A stretch of 64,000 nucleotides of DNA from Candidatus Fiminaster equi (GTDB lineage: Bacteria; Bacillota_I; Bacilli_A; RFN20; CAG-826). Below, piece after piece: positions 41,375-51,044 of the stretch; the first letter of the stretch is position 1; each line of letters opens with the position of its first letter. A program made the translations under genes and the position numbers. Where the stretch lies: assembly GCA_018064745.1 (NCBI GenBank), contig JAGHUR010000011.1, forward strand, positions 6,137 through 70,136, given 5' to 3'. A model generated the notes under the pieces. The model was not told the origin of the DNA. It did not search any database and saw only the letters and a program-made list of their open reading frames with translations.

Positions 41375-42655
41375 ATGATCGATGTAAAATTAATTCTTGA
41401 TGATCCAAAAGGCATTGCTGCAAAGCTTGCTAAAAAAGGTTGTATCGTCGATTTTGATCCATTAATTAAATTGCAAGATAAAAGAAAAGAACTTCTTATC
41501 TCAGTCGAGCAAGCAAAAGCCGAAAGAAATAGACTTTCTGCAAGTGTTCCTCAAGTCAAAAAAGAAGGCGGCGACATCAATGCTATCTTTGCAAAAGTTA
41601 AAGAAATTTCTGCAAAGTCAGCTGCTGATGAAGTTGAACTTGGAAAAGTTGAAGAAGAAATCAAAAATTTCCTTTTGCCACTTCCAAACCTTCCAGATGA
41701 TGACCTTTTAGCTGGTGGAAAAGAAAATAATAAGGTTATTCACGAGTATGGAAAACCAATTAAATTCGATTTTGAGGCTAAAAACCATGTTGACCTTTGT
41801 GAATCTTTAGGTCTTATTGACTATGAAAGAGGCGCAAAAATGTCAGGCCATGGTTGTTGGGTCTACACTGGACTTGGTGCACAACTTGAATGGGCTCTTC
41901 TTAACTTCTTCATTAGCGAGCATCTTAAAGATGGATATACAATGATTCTTCCACCTCACATGCTCAATGAAGAATCTGGATATGTCGCAGGACAATTCCC
42001 AAAATTCAAAGAAGATGTCTTCTGGTTAAGTAATTCAGAACCAAAGAAATTCATTCTTCCAACTGCAGAAACAGCTCTTGTTAATATGCATAGAGACGAA
42101 ATTCTCTCTGAGGATGAACTTCCAAAGAAGTATTTTGCTTATACTCCATGCTATCGTAGAGAAGCAGGCACATATCGTACAGAAGAACGTGGTATGATTC
42201 GTGGATATCAATTTAATAAAATTGAAATGTTCCAGTACACCACCGAAGAAGGCGATATGCCAGCATTTGAAGAACTTGTCAAAAAAGCAATTTCTTTACT
42301 TGATAAACTCGGTCTTACATTCCGTGTATCTAAATTAGCAGCAGAAGATATTTCTGCTTCTATGGCAAGAACATATGATATTGAAATTTATATCCCATCA
42401 ATTGGTATTTATAAAGAAGTTAGCTCAGTTTCAACTGCTCATGATTACCAAGCAAGACGTGGAATGATCAGATATCGTGACAAAGCAACCGGCAAAACCA
42501 AGTATGCTCATACCTTAAATGGTTCAGGACTTGCAACATCACGTGTCTTCCCAGCTCTTGTTGAACAAATGCAACAACCAGACGGAAGTGTTAAGATTCC
42601 AGAAGTCTTAAGACCTTGGATGGGTGGACTTGAATACATCAAGCCAAAGAAATAA
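41375..42655 (+). CDS. serS: serine--tRNA ligase
   Basis: 426 aa. N-terminal coiled-coil. Class II motifs (TPCYRREAG, GSGLATSRV). Confidence 0.95.
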   Translation: MIDVKLILDDPKGIAAKLAKKGCIVDFDPLIKLQDKRKELLISVEQAKAERNRLSASVPQVKKEGGDINAIFAKVKEISAKSAADEVELGKVEEEIKNFLLPLPNLPDDDLLAGGKENNKVIHEYGKPIKFDFEAKNHVDLCESLGLIDYERGAKMSGHGCWVYTGLGAQLEWALLNFFISEHLKDGYTMILPPHMLNEESGYVAGQFPKFKEDVFWLSNSEPKKFILPTAETALVNMHRDEILSEDELPKKYFAYTPCYRREAGTYRTEERGMIRGYQFNKIEMFQYTTEEGDMPAFEELVKKAISLLDKLGLTFRVSKLAAEDISASMARTYDIEIYIPSIGIYKEVSSVSTAHDYQARRGMIRYRDKATGKTKYAHTLNGSGLATSRVFPALVEQMQQPDGSVKIPEVLRPWMGGLEYIKPKK

Positions 42656-42707
42656 CACTTAAACAAAACAAAAAGAAGCATTTGAATTTACTTCATTTGC
42701 TTCTTTT

Positions 42708-43400
42708 TTATTTCTTTGAAATAACTAATGCTGGTTTACCAAATGTTACTTTGACATTATCTGGTATAGATTCTGTTATAAATACGTTTGAACCGATTGT
42801 TACATTATCACCAACAGTAATGTCTCCCAGAATACTTGCTCCCGCGTATATAATTACATTTTCGCCAAGTGTAGGATGTCTTTTAGTTCCCTTTAAAGAC
42901 GCTCCATTTTTTAAAGATAACGCACCAAGCGTAACTCCTTGATAAATCTTTAAATTTTTCTTTGAAATAGTAGTTTCACCGATGACGATACCAGTTCCGT
43001 GGTCAATAAATAATGGAGATGCAAGATTTGCACCTGGATGAATATCAATTCCGGTTTGTGAGTGAGCGGATTCAGACATCATACGAGCTTGAAGTTTATA
43101 ATTCATTGAATAAAGAATGTGAGCAATTCTATAAGTCATAATTGCTTTGTAACCAGGGTAGGCTAAAACGATTTCTTCCTTGCTATCAACGGCTGGATCG
43201 CTCTCCATAAAGAATTCTAGATCGTGTGAAAGCATATTTTTCACAATTTTTAATGAATTTAAATACTCTTTTGCCTTTGATTTATTTTTGTCTATTACTT
43301 GAAGGAATAAATTCTCAATTACATCTAAGTTTTCTTTATTAAAAACAACATAACTTTTTGTTACTTCAAGTAGCCTTAATAATTTCTTTGAACTTACCAT
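42708..43400 (-). CDS. cysE: serine O-acetyltransferase
   Basis: 230 aa. SATase N-domain plus hexapeptide repeats (GIDIHPGANLASPLFIDHGTGIVIGETTI). Confidence 0.85.
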   Translation of the reverse strand: MVSSKKLLRLLEVTKSYVVFNKENLDVIENLFLQVIDKNKSKAKEYLNSLKIVKNMLSHDLEFFMESDPAVDSKEEIVLAYPGYKAIMTYRIAHILYSMNYKLQARMMSESAHSQTGIDIHPGANLASPLFIDHGTGIVIGETTISKKNLKIYQGVTLGALSLKNGASLKGTKRHPTLGENVIIYAGASILGDITVGDNVTIGSNVFITESIPDNVKVTFGKPALVISKK

Positions 43401-44269
43401 TTATATCTGTCTCCTTTATCAGGGAAAATTAGCACAATATTTTTACCTGAAATCTTATTTTCTTTAATATATTTTATGCATGCTTCTAGGGCTGCTCCAG
43501 AAGAGAGCCCAATATCAATTTGCTCGAGATTTCGTATGGATTTTGCGCGTATTTCCGCATTTTTTCCTTTTACATCAACAATCTCATCAACAACATTTTT
43601 ATCAAAAAGTGGTGGTAGAAAATTTGCACCTATTCCTTGTATTGAATGAGGACCAGAAATGCCCTTAGTTAGAAGCGGTGATTCTTCTGGTTCAACACCG
43701 ATAATTTTACAGTTAGATTTTTCTTTTAAATACTTACCAGTTCCAGTTATTGTTCCGCCGGTTCCGATTCCTGCAAACAAATAATCAATTTTTGGCATTT
43801 CTTCTATTATTTCTGGACCAGTAGTTTTGTAGTGACCTAAAACATTACTTTTATTGTTGAATTGGTCAAACAAAATTGAATTTTTAGTCTTTTTCACCAA
43901 TTCAATTGCGTAATCTTCACTTTCTTGCATTCCACCTTTAGTCAAAACAAGCTCAGCGCCATAATTAGAAATCATTTCTTTTCTTTCTTTGGACATGCTT
44001 TCCGGCATAACAATTACAAGTTTGTAGTCAAATTCATTTTTATAATAGCCAAGTGAAATTCCAGTATTTCCACTGGTTGCTTCAATAACGGTGGTATTTG
44101 AATTTAACCTGCCCTCTTTTTGGTAATCAATAAGCATTTGGTATACTGCTCTATCTTTGATAGAGCCTGAAGGATTTGAGTTTTCTAATTTTGCATAAAC
44201 AAAATTGTTGAGATTATATTTTTCCTCAATTCTTGTTAAACGAATCAGTTTTGTATTTCCTGGTTTCAT
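43394..44269 (-). CDS. cysK: cysteine synthase A (O-acetylserine sulfhydrylase)
   Basis: 291 aa. PLP-lysine motif NPSGSIKDRA. GTGGT. Overlaps cysE by 7 nt (operon cysK-cysE). -10 TATAAT only about 17-20 nt from the ATG, so near-leaderless. Confidence 0.9.
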   Translation of the reverse strand: MKPGNTKLIRLTRIEEKYNLNNFVYAKLENSNPSGSIKDRAVYQMLIDYQKEGRLNSNTTVIEATSGNTGISLGYYKNEFDYKLVIVMPESMSKERKEMISNYGAELVLTKGGMQESEDYAIELVKKTKNSILFDQFNNKSNVLGHYKTTGPEIIEEMPKIDYLFAGIGTGGTITGTGKYLKEKSNCKIIGVEPEESPLLTKGISGPHSIQGIGANFLPPLFDKNVVDEIVDVKGKNAEIRAKSIRNLEQIDIGLSSGAALEACIKYIKENKISGKNIVLIFPDKGDRYKW

Positions 44270-44351
44270 ATCTTAATTTAGCATTATTATACTGATTTCT
44301 TAATAAAAGAAAAAATGTAATGATAAGAATTTTTGTATTTGCTATAATGTT

Positions 44352-44436
44352 TTAGCCATCGCAATGGTCTACTACGAACCAGGTCAGGGCAGGAATGCAG
44401 CAGCCTTAAGAAGATCAGATTATGTGCGATGGTTTT
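44352..44436 (+). ncRNA. ffs: signal recognition particle RNA, small (4.5S-type) form
   Basis: Extended -10 promoter TTGCTATAAT at 44339-44348. Domain IV consensus read directly: CCAGGUCAGG-GCA-GGAA-UGC-AGCAGCC (GNRA tetraloop flanked by the conserved symmetric loop). Closing helix GCCAUCGCA (44355-63) pairs with UGCGAUGG (44425-32). Lies next to tadA, echoing the Bacillus tadA-scr arrangement. Confidence 0.75.
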
Positions 44437-44441
44437 AAAAT

Positions 44442-44897
44442 ATGAAATCCATTGATGAAAAATTCATGTTACTTGCAATTAAAGAAGCAGAGAAATCTGC
44501 GTCTTTAGACGAAGTTCCAGTGGGTGCAATTATTGTAAAGGATAACAAAGTTATCGCTCGTGGTCATAACCTTAGAGAAAAGAGTAATGATCCAACAAGT
44601 CATGCTGAAATAAATGCAATTAGAAAAGCTTGCAAAAAGCTTGGCAGTTGGAGACTAGAAGATTGCACAATGTATGTCACTATTGAACCTTGTTCAATGT
44701 GTGCCGGAACTTTACTTTGGACAAGAATTAAAAGAATTGTCTATGGTGCATGCGATTTAAAAGGCGGTGCCTTGGGAAGTTCCTTTTCATTATTTGAAGT
44801 TAAGAATATAAATCATCATCCAGAGATAGTTGGAGGCATTCTTCAAGAAGAATGTGGAAAGATGATGAGCGACTTTTTCAAAGAAAAGCGTAAATAA
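44442..44897 (+). CDS. tadA: tRNA-specific adenosine(34) deaminase
   Basis: 151 aa. CDA fold with HAEINAI and TIEPCSMCAG zinc motifs. Confidence 0.9.
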   Translation: MKSIDEKFMLLAIKEAEKSASLDEVPVGAIIVKDNKVIARGHNLREKSNDPTSHAEINAIRKACKKLGSWRLEDCTMYVTIEPCSMCAGTLLWTRIKRIVYGACDLKGGALGSSFSLFEVKNINHHPEIVGGILQEECGKMMSDFFKEKRK

Positions 44898-44963
44898 CAA
44901 TTGTACAGTGTATAATTTTTGTTATACTTATCTCACAAAGTTAAAACTTTAGAGCTGTTGTAT

Positions 44964-47438
44964 ATGTTTAAACACGTTCGCATTAAAAATAACAATATCG
45001 ATAGAGAAGACTTTCCACTTGATCTAGAAAACGGTTTAACAAGCACTCAAGTTTTAGAAAGACAACAAAATAATTTAATTAATAAAACCGGAAAACACGT
45101 TTCAAAATCTTATTTTAAGATTATTTACGAAAATGTAGTTAATTTCTGGAATCTTTTACTTTTTGCAATAGCTGCATTAATGATTATTGCCAAAATTAGC
45201 ATAACTTCATATGCATTCTTGGTAATTTTACTCGCAAATATTGCAATTGGCTTATATCAAGACATTCGTGCTAGAAAACTTCTTGATAAACTTAAAGTCG
45301 TATCTGCTCCAAAAGTTAGTGTACTAAGAGACGGAAAATTAGTATCAATTACTGCTGATCAAATCGTTTTATCAGATCTTGTTGAATTAAGACAGGGTAG
45401 CCAAATAGTATGTGATGGGTCGATTGTTAAGGGCTTTATTGAAGTAAACGAATCTTTATTAACAGGTGAGCCAGTAAATATTTTAAAGAATGTTGGTGAT
45501 TCAGTTTATTCTGGATCTTTTGCTACATCTGGTTGTGCATATTATCGTGTTGAGCAATTAGGCAAAGCTAACTATGCCGAAAAGCTTCAATCTAAAGCAA
45601 AAAAATTCAAAAAAGCTAAATCTGAAATCCTTATGTCTATCAAAGGTATATTTAAAGTTATTGGCTTCTTTGTCATTTTACTTGCTGTTGGATTAGGCCT
45701 TGTTTATGAAGGCAAATTACAATGGCCTGGATTTGAGAATATGAAAGATTCAGTTTTCCAATCCACAGTTGGTAGTATTTCGGGCTCTTTGGTCGCAATG
45801 ATCCCTATCGGTATGTATCTTCTTACCTCTATTACACTAGCAGTCGGTGCTATTCGTTTAGCAAAACAAAACACACTTACACAAGACATGTACTGTATTG
45901 AAATGCTAGCTAGAGCCGATATTTTATGCTTGGATAAAACAGGTACTTTAACTGATGGAAACTTGAACGTTCGTGAAATTATTCCTACTGGCGGAATATC
46001 GGAAAGAGACCTCGCAAAAATTGTTTATACCTTAGTCATGCAAACAGGTGATAAAAACGCAACGGCTAGGGCCATTATCGATAAATTCAGTAATTTAAAT
46101 CAATTTGATGCATACTCTGCAATACCATTTTCATCCGATAGAAAATTCTCTGCAGTTATGCTTGAGGATGGCCGTTCAATCGTAATGGGTGCACGTGAAT
46201 TCATTCCACACAACTGTCCAGAAGTGGATGAGAAGTGCAAATTATATGAAGCAGACGGATTGCGTGTTTTGTTAATAGTTCAACAAAGACACGTTGTTAA
46301 TATTAATGAACCATTAGAGGAGGGCGAGGTTTTAGGAATCCTTGTTCTTGAAGACCACATTAGAGATGATGCATATGATAATATCGAATGGTTCAAAAAC
46401 AATGATGTTGGTATCAGAATCATTACCGGAGATAACCCAGCATCAGCAGGCGAAGTTGCAAGAAGAGCTGGTATAGAGGGGTATGAAAAACAAATTTCTC
46501 TTGAAGGTATGCCACTTGAAGAAGTTAGACACATCGCAAGAGATTATGTGATTTTTGGACGTGTGTCTCCGGAACAAAAAGAAGTCATTATTGAAGCATT
46601 ACAAGATGATGGACACACAGTAGCTATGACCGGGGACGGTGTTAATGATATCCTTGCATTAAGGGTTGCAGACTGTTCTATTGCAATGGCTTCTGGTTCT
46701 GATGCTGCAAAGACTGTTTCTCACTTAGTTTCATTAGATTCAAATTTCTCATCATTGCCATCAGTTGTTAAAGAGGGTAGACGCGTTATTAATAACTTAC
46801 AACGTGCTATCTCTGTATTCTTGGTTAAGACTGTTTTCGCTATTGTATTAACTGGCGTGTTCTTAATTTGGGGTTTATCAGATAACAACATTACTTATCC
46901 ATTCGTTACAAATAACATGTACTTATGGGAAATTTTATTTATTGGTATTGGATCATTGTTCTTGTCACTGCAACCGAACGACGAAAGAATACAGTCCAAG
47001 TTCTTGCTTAACATCTTATTTAAAATTACCCCTGCATCGCTCATTCAGATATTTATTGTTCTTTTCTATTTCTTAGTAGGAAAACTCGCACTGGGTTGGG
47101 ATGTAGAGCTTGCCAAGACTCTTGCTGTCATATCATTCTCAGTATTTAGTTTTGTTATTTTAATTCGTGTTTGTATGCCATTTGATATTTACCGTATCTT
47201 TTTAACTGTGGGGCTCGGTTTCGTCGGTTTAATGGCTATACTGGCTGACTATTTCGCATTTAAAGAGAAATCAATCTTTGGTCTTTCGTATTCATTATTA
47301 AACGGAAGATATGTTGCAATATTATTTGTTGTTTTAGTTGTTTCAATTGCCGCATACGTCGGACTTGAAATTTTATTTGATCGTTTACATCAATTTATGG
47401 ATAGAAGAAAAGAGGAACAAAAATATGATCATTTCTAA
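44964..47438 (+). CDS. cation-transporting P-type ATPase (HAD-type), subfamily uncertain
   Basis: About 824 aa from the ATG at 44964; the TTG at 44919 lies within the -10 TGTATAAT. DKTGTLT, TGDN and GDGVNDILAL motifs. 8-10 TM. The TM4 motif is PIGM rather than PEGL or CPC. Confidence 0.85.
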   Translation: MFKHVRIKNNNIDREDFPLDLENGLTSTQVLERQQNNLINKTGKHVSKSYFKIIYENVVNFWNLLLFAIAALMIIAKISITSYAFLVILLANIAIGLYQDIRARKLLDKLKVVSAPKVSVLRDGKLVSITADQIVLSDLVELRQGSQIVCDGSIVKGFIEVNESLLTGEPVNILKNVGDSVYSGSFATSGCAYYRVEQLGKANYAEKLQSKAKKFKKAKSEILMSIKGIFKVIGFFVILLAVGLGLVYEGKLQWPGFENMKDSVFQSTVGSISGSLVAMIPIGMYLLTSITLAVGAIRLAKQNTLTQDMYCIEMLARADILCLDKTGTLTDGNLNVREIIPTGGISERDLAKIVYTLVMQTGDKNATARAIIDKFSNLNQFDAYSAIPFSSDRKFSAVMLEDGRSIVMGAREFIPHNCPEVDEKCKLYEADGLRVLLIVQQRHVVNINEPLEEGEVLGILVLEDHIRDDAYDNIEWFKNNDVGIRIITGDNPASAGEVARRAGIEGYEKQISLEGMPLEEVRHIARDYVIFGRVSPEQKEVIIEALQDDGHTVAMTGDGVNDILALRVADCSIAMASGSDAAKTVSHLVSLDSNFSSLPSVVKEGRRVINNLQRAISVFLVKTVFAIVLTGVFLIWGLSDNNITYPFVTNNMYLWEILFIGIGSLFLSLQPNDERIQSKFLLNILFKITPASLIQIFIVLFYFLVGKLALGWDVELAKTLAVISFSVFSFVILIRVCMPFDIYRIFLTVGLGFVGLMAILADYFAFKEKSIFGLSYSLLNGRYVAILFVVLVVSIAAYVGLEILFDRLHQFMDRRKEEQKYDHF

Positions 47439-48324
47439 GGAAGTACAAGAAGCTATTAAAAACCACAAACCTGTGGTAGCTCTAGAATCGACAATCATAT
47501 CACACGGTATGCCTTATCCTAAGAATGTTAAGACCGCATTAGAGGTTGAAGCAGTTATTAGAGAACATGGTGTTATACCTGCAACGATTGGCATCATTGA
47601 TGGTGAACCAGTCGTTGGTATGAGCCCAGAACAAATTGAAGAGTTTGGCAAAAGAGAAGGCATTACAAAAGTTTCTAGAAGAGACCTTCCGGTTGTTTTT
47701 GCAAAGAAACAATGGGGTGCCACAACAGTAGCTGCTACGATGATTATTGCAGCCCGTGCAGGTATTGAAATATTCGTAACGGGTGGGGTCGGAGGCGCTC
47801 ATAGAGGCGCTCAAGAGAACTTCGATATCTCTGCTGATCTTGAAGAATTAGGTAAAACAAATGTTACAGTTGTATCAGCTGGTGTTAAAGCAATTCTTGA
47901 TTTGCCACTTACTCTTGAAATCTTAGAAACAAAGGGCGTTCCTGTTTTAACTTATGGTACAGACGAATTCCCAGAGTTCTACACAAGAAGTTCTGGCATT
48001 AAAGTTGAGACTGTTGTCAATTCACCTCTTGAAGTTGCAAGTATCATTAAATGCAAACGTGATAACCAATTTGATGGTGGTGTGTTAGTTGCTAATCCAA
48101 TTCCAGAACAATACGCAATGGATAGAAAAGCAGTAGACTTTGCTATCAATAAAGCACTTAAGAGAGCTAAGAAAGATGGCATCACGGGTAAAAACATTAC
48201 CCCATATCTATTAAAAACAATTGTTGAGATTACAGGTGGTTTATCACTTGAAGCAAATATTCATCTTGTTAAAAATAATGCTGCGTTAGGAGCAGAGATT
48301 GCGAAAGAACTTTGTAACTTATGA
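47425..48324 (+). CDS. psuG: pseudouridine-5'-phosphate glycosidase
   Basis: About 300 aa from the ATG at 47425 (SD AAAGAGGAACAAAAAT). PsuG/IndA signature VVALESTIISHGMPYPKN. Overlaps the ATPase stop by 14 nt. Confidence 0.8.
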   Translation: MIISKEVQEAIKNHKPVVALESTIISHGMPYPKNVKTALEVEAVIREHGVIPATIGIIDGEPVVGMSPEQIEEFGKREGITKVSRRDLPVVFAKKQWGATTVAATMIIAARAGIEIFVTGGVGGAHRGAQENFDISADLEELGKTNVTVVSAGVKAILDLPLTLEILETKGVPVLTYGTDEFPEFYTRSSGIKVETVVNSPLEVASIIKCKRDNQFDGGVLVANPIPEQYAMDRKAVDFAINKALKRAKKDGITGKNITPYLLKTIVEITGGLSLEANIHLVKNNAALGAEIAKELCNL

Positions 48325-48842
48325 AAATTGAGCAAGTATTCCAAGAAGGATTAAAGACTCTACTTAAAGAAAAACCTCTTGAAGATATTAATGTTATAGC
48401 ACTTTGTGAGCTCGTTCATTCGAACCGTCAGACGTTCTATTACCACTTTAGAGATATTTCGGATGTAGTAGATGCAACCTTTCTAAAAGCCAAAGTTGGC
48501 TATGGAAAGAAGTTTTTGGATTACGAATCAATTATTAAAGAAATGATTAGTTACATCACATCCAATATTCAGTATATCAATGCAATTAATAAATCATATG
48601 CATCTGATAAACTCTATTCATTTATGTTCTCGTATTTCTATACAAAGGTAGGCACGTTATTAAAGAATCACAATGTTGCTGGAGTTGAAATTACGCGATA
48701 CATATCGGTACTAAGTGCCAATGAGATTGAATTTTGGATCTCAAATAAAAGAAAAGAAAAAGCTGCATCGCTTATTAAAAGATTAACTACTATTTGGTTC
48801 TACTTAGTTAATCAATACCAATCTGATTTAAGCAGAAGATAG
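48321..48842 (+). CDS. putative TetR-like transcriptional regulator
   Basis: 173 aa. N-terminal HTH resembling the TetR_N consensus (INVIALCELVHSNRQTFYYHFRDISDV). Overlaps the psuG end by 4 nt. Confidence 0.5.
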   Translation: MKIEQVFQEGLKTLLKEKPLEDINVIALCELVHSNRQTFYYHFRDISDVVDATFLKAKVGYGKKFLDYESIIKEMISYITSNIQYINAINKSYASDKLYSFMFSYFYTKVGTLLKNHNVAGVEITRYISVLSANEIEFWISNKRKEKAASLIKRLTTIWFYLVNQYQSDLSRR

Positions 48843-48850
48843 GAGTCGTT

Positions 48851-49987
48851 ATGAGAAAAGAAGAAGTTGCTAGTTTAATTGTTTATTTATTAATGATAGC
48901 CCTAGCCGTTATCGTTGGTTTATCAGTTGTCACAAATACAATGAGTGTTTGTAGACCAGATACAATAAATCCATTCTTATTTGTTATCATTGTTATCATT
49001 GTGGGTTTATTATTTAACATCATCATGCTTGAAGTCTTACATGCTATTGGCGGTAAACTTGGTGGATATAAGATTGCATCAATTAACATTCTTGGCTTCT
49101 GTTTTGAGAAAAGAGAAGGCAAGTGGAAATTCAAATTTAAAGACTTTGATGGACTAACGGGTGAAACTAAACTCGCTCCAAAGAAAGAAAAATTAAGTAT
49201 GAAACCATTTGTGTGGTTACCATTATTTGGTTATGCTGCAGAACTTGCTGGATGTATTGTTTTGCACTCACACATGATGAGTGATTCCGCAAGTAATGTG
49301 CGTTGGTTAGGTGTGTGCGCAATCTTATTTATTGTTTTATCATCAATGCTTGCTTTATATAATTTAGTTCCTATTAAATTAGACACAATGACTGATGGTT
49401 ATAAATTAGTTTTGATTTCTAAACCTGCAAATATTGAAGCATATAACGAAATGCTTAGAGCAGAAGATTTAGAAAGAAACGGACAACCAGTTCCAGAAAT
49501 GAAAATCTTTGAAGAGATTACAGAATTCACAGCAAGTATTAACTTATTTAGCGTATATCGACATTTAGAAAATAATGAATTAGATGAAGCAAAAAAAATC
49601 CTTGATATAACGCTCAAAGACCCTAAAAAACTCGAACCGTCTACATACTACCGTCTAATTTCTCAAAAACTTTACATCGTTATTTTGACCAAAGATAATG
49701 AAGATGCTAAAAAGGTATACGACGAGATTGCGGATGATAAAATTAGAAGATTTATTGCTAATGATGCATCTATGGAATCGATACGTGCATATCTATTAAT
49801 CTCGGGCATTCTAGAAAAGTCTCAAGCCGAAGTAAAATATGCAATAAATCGTAAAGGGAAGGCACTAAAACGCACAAACAAGCAAAAAGCAATGATTGAA
49901 GAGAAGCTTTATGATATTGCTCTTAATAAAGTGTATGAAGCCCATCCTAAATGGAAAGAAGAGGAAAAAGAAAACATCGCCGCATAA
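48851..49987 (+). CDS. hypothetical membrane protein (4-5 TM) with helical cytoplasmic C-terminal domain
   Basis: 378 aa. N-terminal hydrophobic segments. HAIGG where zincin-like membrane peptidases carry HExxH. NLVPIKLD..DG reminiscent of the S2P LDG motif. TPR-like helical tail. Confidence 0.45.
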   Translation: MRKEEVASLIVYLLMIALAVIVGLSVVTNTMSVCRPDTINPFLFVIIVIIVGLLFNIIMLEVLHAIGGKLGGYKIASINILGFCFEKREGKWKFKFKDFDGLTGETKLAPKKEKLSMKPFVWLPLFGYAAELAGCIVLHSHMMSDSASNVRWLGVCAILFIVLSSMLALYNLVPIKLDTMTDGYKLVLISKPANIEAYNEMLRAEDLERNGQPVPEMKIFEEITEFTASINLFSVYRHLENNELDEAKKILDITLKDPKKLEPSTYYRLISQKLYIVILTKDNEDAKKVYDEIADDKIRRFIANDASMESIRAYLLISGILEKSQAEVKYAINRKGKALKRTNKQKAMIEEKLYDIALNKVYEAHPKWKEEEKENIAA

Positions 49988-50014
49988 CGACGATGTTTTT
50001 TTGTTAAATAATAT

Positions 50015-50344
50015 TTAGTCTTTTTCTTCGTAACGAGAATTGTCTTCTCTTGGAAAATCCTCAAGAACTTCTGATTCAACTGCTTTGTTCTTTTTATGAA
50101 CTGCGCATAAATGTTCTCCCTCTTTCATATTTTCTTTAGAAAGAGATGAACTTTTCGACATAAAATCGTTAGCGTCTAGTTCCAATTCGCAACAAAGGAA
50201 GAATAAGTGTTTTGATTCAGGTTCAATAGAACCATCTTTCCATTTTTTGAATAATCCGTATTTTATACGGAAGCGCGAACAAAAAGCACGATCGTTGAGA
50301 TTGTATGATTTTTGAAGAAATAATACTTTCTCAATTGGTTTCAT
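50015..50344 (-). CDS. small XRE-like HTH protein with acidic tail, translationally coupled to mscL
   Basis: 109 aa. N-terminus fits the XRE HTH pattern (KSYNLNDRAFCSRFRIKYGLFKKWKDGSIEP). TAATG overlap with the mscL stop. Confidence 0.4.
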   Translation of the reverse strand: MKPIEKVLFLQKSYNLNDRAFCSRFRIKYGLFKKWKDGSIEPESKHLFFLCCELELDANDFMSKSSSLSKENMKEGEHLCAVHKKNKAVESEVLEDFPREDNSRYEEKD

Positions 50345-50958
50345 TATTTAGCTTTCTTTTCTTTTAAAAGATCACGAATTTCAGTAAGAAGTTCTGCTTC
50401 AGTTGGTGCTGGTGCAGCTGGTGCTTCGACTACTGGTCTATCTTCTGGGTGTTTCTTGTAGTGTTCTTCAAGTGCTCTAGCTTTTGCTACTTCTCTTGCA
50501 TTCTTTAATGTTGCAACAGTTTTAATAATAACGAAGAGAACAAGTGCAATGATAATGAAGGAAATTACTGCATTGATAATTGAACCCCAGTCAATAATTG
50601 CGCATCCTTTGTAGTAGTAGCTACCACCATGTTGGACATACATACCGGCTTGGGTTGGTGTCCAGCCTTCACTTGCTTCCAAGAATTCTGCAACTTTATA
50701 GGAAACTTTATATCCCTCAGGTGGGATTTGCCCTTCGGACACTGCTGGAAGAACTGTAACTAATCCAGCTAAGCCTCCTGGTACTGGCCACATACAGATG
50801 CTTAATAAGACATTGACGACTGCTGTAACAATAGCACCGAAAGCGCCACCAACGACAACGCCGACTGCCATATCAAGGACATTACCACGTGAAATAAATG
50901 CTTTGAATTCAGCCCAAACGCCTTTGCCTTTGGCTCTTAATTTCTTTTCTTTTGCCAT
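50344..50958 (-). CDS. mscL: large-conductance mechanosensitive channel MscL with ~50-aa insertion in the extracytoplasmic loop
   Basis: 204 aa. N-terminus FKAFISRGNVLDMAVGVVVGGAFGAIV. C-terminus PAAPAPTEAELLTEIRDLLKEKK closely parallels E. coli MscL. The loop between TM1 and TM2 is about 75 aa instead of about 25. Confidence 0.75.
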   Translation of the reverse strand: MAKEKKLRAKGKGVWAEFKAFISRGNVLDMAVGVVVGGAFGAIVTAVVNVLLSICMWPVPGGLAGLVTVLPAVSEGQIPPEGYKVSYKVAEFLEASEGWTPTQAGMYVQHGGSYYYKGCAIIDWGSIINAVISFIIIALVLFVIIKTVATLKNAREVAKARALEEHYKKHPEDRPVVEAPAAPAPTEAELLTEIRDLLKEKKAK

Positions 50959-51044
50959 TTAAATAGCCTCCAATTAAAATTGATTATAAATCAGTTTTAT
51001 TTCCTTTTCTACTAATTTTGATATAATAGAGCACAGGTTTATTT

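Noticed and set aside
44919-44963. TTG start of the P-type ATPase at 44919
   Set aside because: It lies within the -10 region of the gene's own promoter. The first ATG downstream of the predicted TSS is at 44964.
47338-47424. N-terminal extension of psuG overlapping the ATPase by 100 nt
   Set aside because: The ATG at 47425 has a good SD and matches PsuG N-termini.
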